Of a stretch of DNA of 64,000 nucleotides, positions 59,044 through 64,000 are shown piece after piece; position 1 is the first letter of the stretch, and each line of letters opens with the position of its first letter. The notes below the pieces were generated by a model. That model saw only the letters and a list, made by a program, of their open reading frames with translations, searched no databases and was not told the DNA's origin. Source of the stretch: Candidatus Bathyarchaeota archaeon (GTDB lineage Archaea > Thermoproteota > Bathyarchaeia > Bathyarchaeales > Bathycorpusculaceae); NCBI GenBank assembly GCA_963775685.1, contig CAVZJV010000014.1, positions 1,088,001 through 1,152,000 on the forward strand, written 5' to 3'. Both the position numbers and the translations under genes were made by a program.

Positions 59044-61686
59044 TTATGGTCGTTTCTTTAGTGTTAAGAAAAGCACTGCAAAGCCGATGATTATTACTGC
59101 AATGATTGCAATGACTGAAGGAACGAAGTATGTCTCGACGAGAGATGCGGGAGCAGGTGTTGGTGCAGTTGTTGGGTGAGCGCCACTGACGTAGAAGGCG
59201 TTTTGTGCTGTTGATCCCCAGTAGCCGTTGGTGCCAGCGAAGTTTGCGAAGACAGTGTAGTCTCCAGGTATGTCAGGCATCCATGTGAAGCTGTATGCGC
59301 CTGTTGAAGAGGTGGTTGTGGTGCCGATGGTTCGGTAGTTGCCGTTAGAGTCCAGAACATCTATTGTTACTGGAACGCCGGTGAAGTCGGTTGGAGCTGG
59401 GAATTGATCGTAGACGTGGCTCATCCAGGAACCCATGCTTGCGTCAGAGGCAACTGGAACTCCGTTTGGATAGTTTGCTTTTATTGTTGCTTGCTGCATG
59501 CCAGCGGAAACATCGGTTACTGTACCCTTAATTACTAAGGGTGTTCCGATTGGAACTGCGATGTCGGGTGCTGAAACTGTGGTAGCGCTGGGTCCTCTGC
59601 CGACGCTGTACATTTGTCCGTCGTACTCGTTGAAGAAGGTCAGGTAGCCTTCTGCGACTGCTCCTAGTTGGGAGTAGAAGCTTGTAGAAACTGGCCAGGC
59701 GTTTAATGCCCATATTTGTTGACCCGTGGTTATGTTTATGCAGCGGATCATTTCACCCTGTTCTGGTGGCTCGATTGGTGAGTGCTCGCTGTTGAAGAGT
59801 ATTGCCGTGCCGCCGACAACTGAGCCTATGAAGGTCGGGTAGTTGCCGTAGGGGGCTATTGTGCCGCTGTTAGTGCTGTTATCAGAACCAATAGGTCCGT
59901 TACCGTAGGTCCAAAGAAGTTTCCCGTTTGTATCATCGACACCGTAAGTGACTCCACCCCATCCAGTAGTGACTAGTATTCCGTTGGTTGCAACTCCTTG
60001 GTTAGTTAAAGCAGCTTGGAATAGTTGCCAGTTTGTTCCTTGATCCATGGTGAATGGACCCCAAACTTGTTCTCCGGTAAGTAGGCTGAAGCCGTAGATT
60101 TGGAAGGTCTCTTTGTCATACATCATGAATATGTTAGTGGATGCATCAAGCCCATAGTACAGTCGTGTAATGTTGCTGGCTAGCCCAGGATAGTTTTTGG
60201 TCCAAAGTACCTGTCCCAAGGAATCTGGTGCTAAGCTAATGGCTGAAACATTGTAGGGCAGGGTTTCGCCGTAAGCGAGGGGTGTGTTGCTGACTCCGCG
60301 TGCGCCTGATGAGGTCGCAGTAGAGACGAGTACCAGATCGTCTGGAACAGCGTCGATAATTGTGGATCCCGGAGTAATTGGTGTAGTTAGCGTTTTGTTC
60401 CATGAGTATGCAGCTCTCATATCTATGACCTTTCCAACTGTTCTCCACTCAAGACCGCTTGCGCCTTCGCCTGTTGATAAGAACTCCCCAGCTTGGTTTA
60501 CGTTTGTGCCGTTGTAGTAGCCTGCTGTATTATTCCAGTCAGCGAGCCACGTTCCTTTGGGATCTAAAATGTATTTCACTATCTCGCCTGTTGTGCCGTA
60601 TCTTAGAGTGCCAGATGGAACGTTTGTCAGGTTGAATAGCCAGTTTCCTGTCATGCCATCGTATGCGATCCATGTGCTACCACTTACTGCCCAAAGCCAC
60701 CCAGGAAGTACTCCGTGCTGGTTGATGCTGTCGTATCCGTATAATTGTCCAAAAGTTGGGTTAACAGTGTAGTCTTGCTTCCATAATTGTTGTCCGGTTC
60801 GTAGGTCAACGCAGACATAGCCGCCACCTGTGGCTTGGTGGTTGAGGGGTAACTCGTAGTAGAGGTATCCTGCCATAATTATTGGATTGATGTTTCTTTC
60901 TTCGTAAGACATACCTTCGTAGAATGTGTATGAACCGCCTTGGTATGAACCGAACTTCGTTGCGCCGCTGGTATAGGCTCCTCCAACGATTCCGCCAAAT
61001 TGAATCGACTCAGTCCACATTATGTGTGAGGTGAGAGGCCCAGAACCGATTGGCTGCAAATTATTTACAACTGCTGGAGGTGTATATAGCCAATTTGAGA
61101 GCAGTGCACCCCATGAAGACAATTGAGAGTTTACTGGCCGACTCCAATATTCTATTGGAAGCGGATAACCTGTCTGTCCCGGAACGGGGTCTGTTTGCAC
61201 AACGAAAGCGGTTGATGCGCTGCTGGGCATGTAGTAGTCACCAACATATGGGTCATTTGTACCATTTAATCCGTTTATTGGATTGGCTAATCTTGCAGTT
61301 TGGCCGCCGAAGTTAAAGTCCACAATGTACGTACCAAGTTGGTCTGGTACAAACGGATAATCAGTTGCCGATGTAGGTCCGGCGGTGTATGGTCCCAGCG
61401 AAGTAATTGTTCCATCAGGCGCTGTAATCTTAAGCGTGTAGTTTTGCCACCTGTCACCTGTGATGCCGCTAGCTGAGGGATTCAGGTTCTCAATCCACAT
61501 GACAATGAGTGCTGTTTGGCCGATGCCTACAGGGTTTGGTGAAACATTGACATAAGCCACCGTTGCAATGTCCCAAGGTGGACTATGTGCGTTAGTGTTT
61601 GGTAATAGTGTCATTGAAGCTGCCATTGAAATTGTTAGCAGAGCCACAATCGTAATGGTTATAGTTTTATTTTTTATTTTTTGCAT
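59044..61686 (-). CDS. Large secreted PQQ-like beta-propeller surface protein with C-terminal TM anchor
   Basis: Signal peptide, Ig-like N-domain (SPNPVGIGQ), repeated vDlrTGqqlW blades, C-terminal Ig domain (VIKGTVTD), TM and KKRP. Confidence 0.85.
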   Translation of the reverse strand: MQKIKNKTITITIVALLTISMAASMTLLPNTNAHSPPWDIATVAYVNVSPNPVGIGQTALIVMWIENLNPSASGITGDRWQNYTLKITAPDGTITSLGPYTAGPTSATDYPFVPDQLGTYIVDFNFGGQTARLANPINGLNGTNDPYVGDYYMPSSASTAFVVQTDPVPGQTGYPLPIEYWSRPVNSQLSSWGALLSNWLYTPPAVVNNLQPIGSGPLTSHIMWTESIQFGGIVGGAYTSGATKFGSYQGGSYTFYEGMSYEERNINPIIMAGYLYYELPLNHQATGGGYVCVDLRTGQQLWKQDYTVNPTFGQLYGYDSINQHGVLPGWLWAVSGSTWIAYDGMTGNWLFNLTNVPSGTLRYGTTGEIVKYILDPKGTWLADWNNTAGYYNGTNVNQAGEFLSTGEGASGLEWRTVGKVIDMRAAYSWNKTLTTPITPGSTIIDAVPDDLVLVSTATSSGARGVSNTPLAYGETLPYNVSAISLAPDSLGQVLWTKNYPGLASNITRLYYGLDASTNIFMMYDKETFQIYGFSLLTGEQVWGPFTMDQGTNWQLFQAALTNQGVATNGILVTTGWGGVTYGVDDTNGKLLWTYGNGPIGSDNSTNSGTIAPYGNYPTFIGSVVGGTAILFNSEHSPIEPPEQGEMIRCINITTGQQIWALNAWPVSTSFYSQLGAVAEGYLTFFNEYDGQMYSVGRGPSATTVSAPDIAVPIGTPLVIKGTVTDVSAGMQQATIKANYPNGVPVASDASMGSWMSHVYDQFPAPTDFTGVPVTIDVLDSNGNYRTIGTTTTSSTGAYSFTWMPDIPGDYTVFANFAGTNGYWGSTAQNAFYVSGAHPTTAPTPAPASLVETYFVPSVIAIIAVIIIGFAVLFLTLKKRP

Positions 61687-61989
61687 TTATTTTCTTTCCT
61701 TATAATTTCATGTGGCAAGAACCTTAATTCTTAACCACACAATTCCAGAATTGTTGTCACGCTAATAAAATTATGGTAAAGATGCACTGACGACAAAATT
61801 CAATATTATAACCGAAAAAAGTTAGCTGATAAAAAAACAAAACTAAAAACATATAGCACCTTCAAAGTGATACCGGTTTAAAGCAAGAGTTCAGAAGGGG
61901 GTAAAGAACCCTCTCAGTACAAGTAATATCTAACCCTTGCAAGGTTTTAATAGGCTCATCGCTTGACTTTTGGATTAGCCGTGGTCAAC

Positions 61990-63267
61990 ATGGAAAAGCA
62001 AGAACCCAGAAAATTGAAACGTTCGATTGGCCTGTGGAGCGCCGTCGCCATTAACGTTGGCGCAATTATAGGCGGCGGAATCTTTGTTGTCACAGGAATT
62101 GTTGCGGGTTACGCTGGCTCGGCACTTGTAGTATCCATGGTTGCCGCAGGCGTCATCGCTTTTTTAACGGCTTGGAGCTTTGCAAAGTTAACGGCGTGGC
62201 AGCCCGTGGAAGGCAGCGTGTACGAGTTTGGGCGACAACTAGTTTCGCCCTACGCAGGTTTTTTGGCTGGTTGGATGTGGATGATCGCAAACACGTTCAC
62301 AGGAGCAGCAGTTTCATTGGGGTTTGCGTATTATTTAACCGCCACATTTCATAGTTTACCAACTAGTTACGTCGCCGCAGCACTATGTTTGGTTTTTACT
62401 GTTTTAAATTTGGTTGGTGCCAAAGAATCAGCAAGCGTAAACAATGTTCTTGTGGCAATCAAGCTTGCGGTGCTGGCTTTCTTTGTGGTATTCGGCATTT
62501 TCCATGTGAACGCTGGAAATTTTATTCCTTTTGTGCCCTTCTCCAACGGCGTACTATATGGTACATTCTTTATTTTCTTCGCTTACGGTGGCTTTGCAAG
62601 GGCTGCAGTAGTTGCTGAGGAAATCAGAGACGCCAAGCGAAACGTGCCTCGCGCTATGCTTTTATCGCTTGGGATTTCGATGGGGATTTATGTTTTGGTT
62701 GGGTTAATTGCTGTTGGTCTGATTAGTCCGGTTGAACTTGCGGCCTCGCCTTCGCCTTTGAGCACTGCTATGGGTACCACGGGCAATTCGCTGGCAATCC
62801 AAATCATATCTGTCGGCGGTTTGGTCGCCACTGCCAGCGTTTTGCTCACCTCGATTCTAGGTGTTTCACGTATGGCTTATTCTATGGCTAGACGAAAAGA
62901 CTTGCCAACTGCACTATCTCGGTTGCACAGCAAGTTTTTTACGCCATACTATTCTATTTTGGGCAGCGGCGTTTTAATGGCGGTTTTGGTTTTGTTTGTG
63001 GATCTGACACGCGTTGTGGCAATTAGTACCTTCGCGCTGCTGTTTAATTATTCGATAACTAATATTGCGGCTTTTAAGTTGAAGAATGGCACAGGATGGC
63101 AAAGGTTTGTTCCACTGTTGGGTTTGGCGTCGTGTTTGATGCTTTTAGTGTTTGTTTTATTTGCTTCGTCCGAAGCGTGGGTAGTTGGCTTGATTTTTAT
63201 AGTAGCTGGAACCGGTTACTATGTGGTGCGAAACAAGCTTCGCCGTAGCGCTAAAAATAGGTTTTAG
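61990..63267 (+). CDS. APC-superfamily amino acid permease
   Basis: LKRSIGL, GAIIGGGIF, EGSVYEF, FFAYGGF, AEEIRDAKRNVPRA, SRMAYSMAR; 12 TM. Confidence 0.92.
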   Translation: MEKQEPRKLKRSIGLWSAVAINVGAIIGGGIFVVTGIVAGYAGSALVVSMVAAGVIAFLTAWSFAKLTAWQPVEGSVYEFGRQLVSPYAGFLAGWMWMIANTFTGAAVSLGFAYYLTATFHSLPTSYVAAALCLVFTVLNLVGAKESASVNNVLVAIKLAVLAFFVVFGIFHVNAGNFIPFVPFSNGVLYGTFFIFFAYGGFARAAVVAEEIRDAKRNVPRAMLLSLGISMGIYVLVGLIAVGLISPVELAASPSPLSTAMGTTGNSLAIQIISVGGLVATASVLLTSILGVSRMAYSMARRKDLPTALSRLHSKFFTPYYSILGSGVLMAVLVLFVDLTRVVAISTFALLFNYSITNIAAFKLKNGTGWQRFVPLLGLASCLMLLVFVLFASSEAWVVGLIFIVAGTGYYVVRNKLRRSAKNRF

Positions 63268-63314
63268 TTTGCGATAAGAATTTTAAGCTTAAAACAAGGT
63301 AGAGGTTAGGAACT

Positions 63315-64000
63315 ATGATGACGATTAAAGCTGTCTTATTTGATATGTTCGATACTCTAATGCTCATAGAGAAGAACCATGAGTTCTACAGCCCATCCCT
63401 GATGAGGATGTTCAAGTTTCTAAACAAAAAAGGCATAGATGTCTCCTTTGAAAAGTTCAACGTCGCGTACAATGAGGCACGTGACGGCCTTTACGCCAAG
63501 GCAGATTTGAATTTTGAGGAACCCCACTTTAACGTTCGGGTCACTGAGGCGCTGAAAAGTTTAGGCTACGACTATGATGTCTCCAGCTCCCTTGTGGCTG
63601 CGGCGACTGGGGAGTTTTGTGAAGAATTCATGAAGTATGTCAGCATCGACCAGAACGCCAACTCAATGCTAAAGGAGTTACATGGGAAATACAAACTGGG
63701 GATAATTTCAAATTTTGCCATTCCTGAATGTGTGTTCAAACTTCTAAAAAACGACCATTTAGAGGATTTTTTTGATGTGGTAGTGGTTTCTGCCTCTGTT
63801 AACAAGCGCAAACCAAGTCCAGAAATCTTTAAAAGCGCGCTAAAAACATTGGGAGTTTACTCTGAAGAAACTGTATTTGTCGGCGATACCATAGACGCAG
63901 ATATTGAAGGCGCAAAGGCAGCAGGTATGCGAACCGTTTATATCGAACGGAGAATTCAAAAATCTGAAAAAGTTTGCCCCGACATAACTATAAAAAGTCT
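63315..64000 (+). CDS. HAD-superfamily hydrolase (runs off the window edge)
   Basis: Manual translation MMTIKAVLFDMFDTL, GIISNF, KRKPSPEIF, VFVGDTIDADIEGA. Confidence 0.9.
   Translation, partial: MMTIKAVLFDMFDTLMLIEKNHEFYSPSLMRMFKFLNKKGIDVSFEKFNVAYNEARDGLYAKADLNFEEPHFNVRVTEALKSLGYDYDVSSSLVAAATGEFCEEFMKYVSIDQNANSMLKELHGKYKLGIISNFAIPECVFKLLKNDHLEDFFDVVVVSASVNKRKPSPEIFKSALKTLGVYSEETVFVGDTIDADIEGAKAAGMRTVYIERRIQKSEKVCPDITIKS

Noticed and set aside
1-64000. CRISPR array, IS element, integrase or provirus
   Set aside because: No regularly spaced 24-40 bp repeats, no transposase/integrase/capsid motifs and no terminal inverted repeats with target duplications seen by eye

Overview
Archaeal chromosomal window, most consistent with Bathyarchaeia (inference). 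The basis is the combination of a complete Cdv/ESCRT-III division cluster, methanopterin-biosynthesis genes, a large secreted PQQ-like beta-propeller surface protein, FxLYD surface proteins, archaeal TATA/BRE promoters and frequent TTG/GTG starts. About 60 CDS and one tRNA-Ala(GGC); no CRISPR array, rRNA, transposase or integrase was seen. Housekeeping content: rps12/rps7, DRG GTPase, metY-metX-metW with a divergent HTH-CBS regulator, pyrD/pyrK, apgM, Lhr helicase, PGI/PMI and inositol-1-P synthase. Most notable items: (1) a Tat-exported, fully motif-intact multicopper oxidase beside tatA, a zinc-ribbon-fused tatC and a TrmB regulator; (2) a 4xCBS + HPF-like ribosome-hibernation-type protein; (3) an AT-rich surface-glycan cassette with an egghead-like GT2, a GT-C enzyme and a lectin-like protein; (4) a pterin cluster with a stand-alone FolP N-terminal domain and an ECF-type S component; (5) a homocitrate/isopropylmalate-synthase homologue with a degenerate active site next to an orphan LipS2; (6) three unannotated micro-ORFs, including a stand-alone 16-aa Lys-rich peptide gene with its own TATA box, SD and terminator. 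At least 8 genes carry small indels, several in homopolymer runs, which most likely reflect assembly error. All family calls come from motif recognition by eye; no database searches were run.
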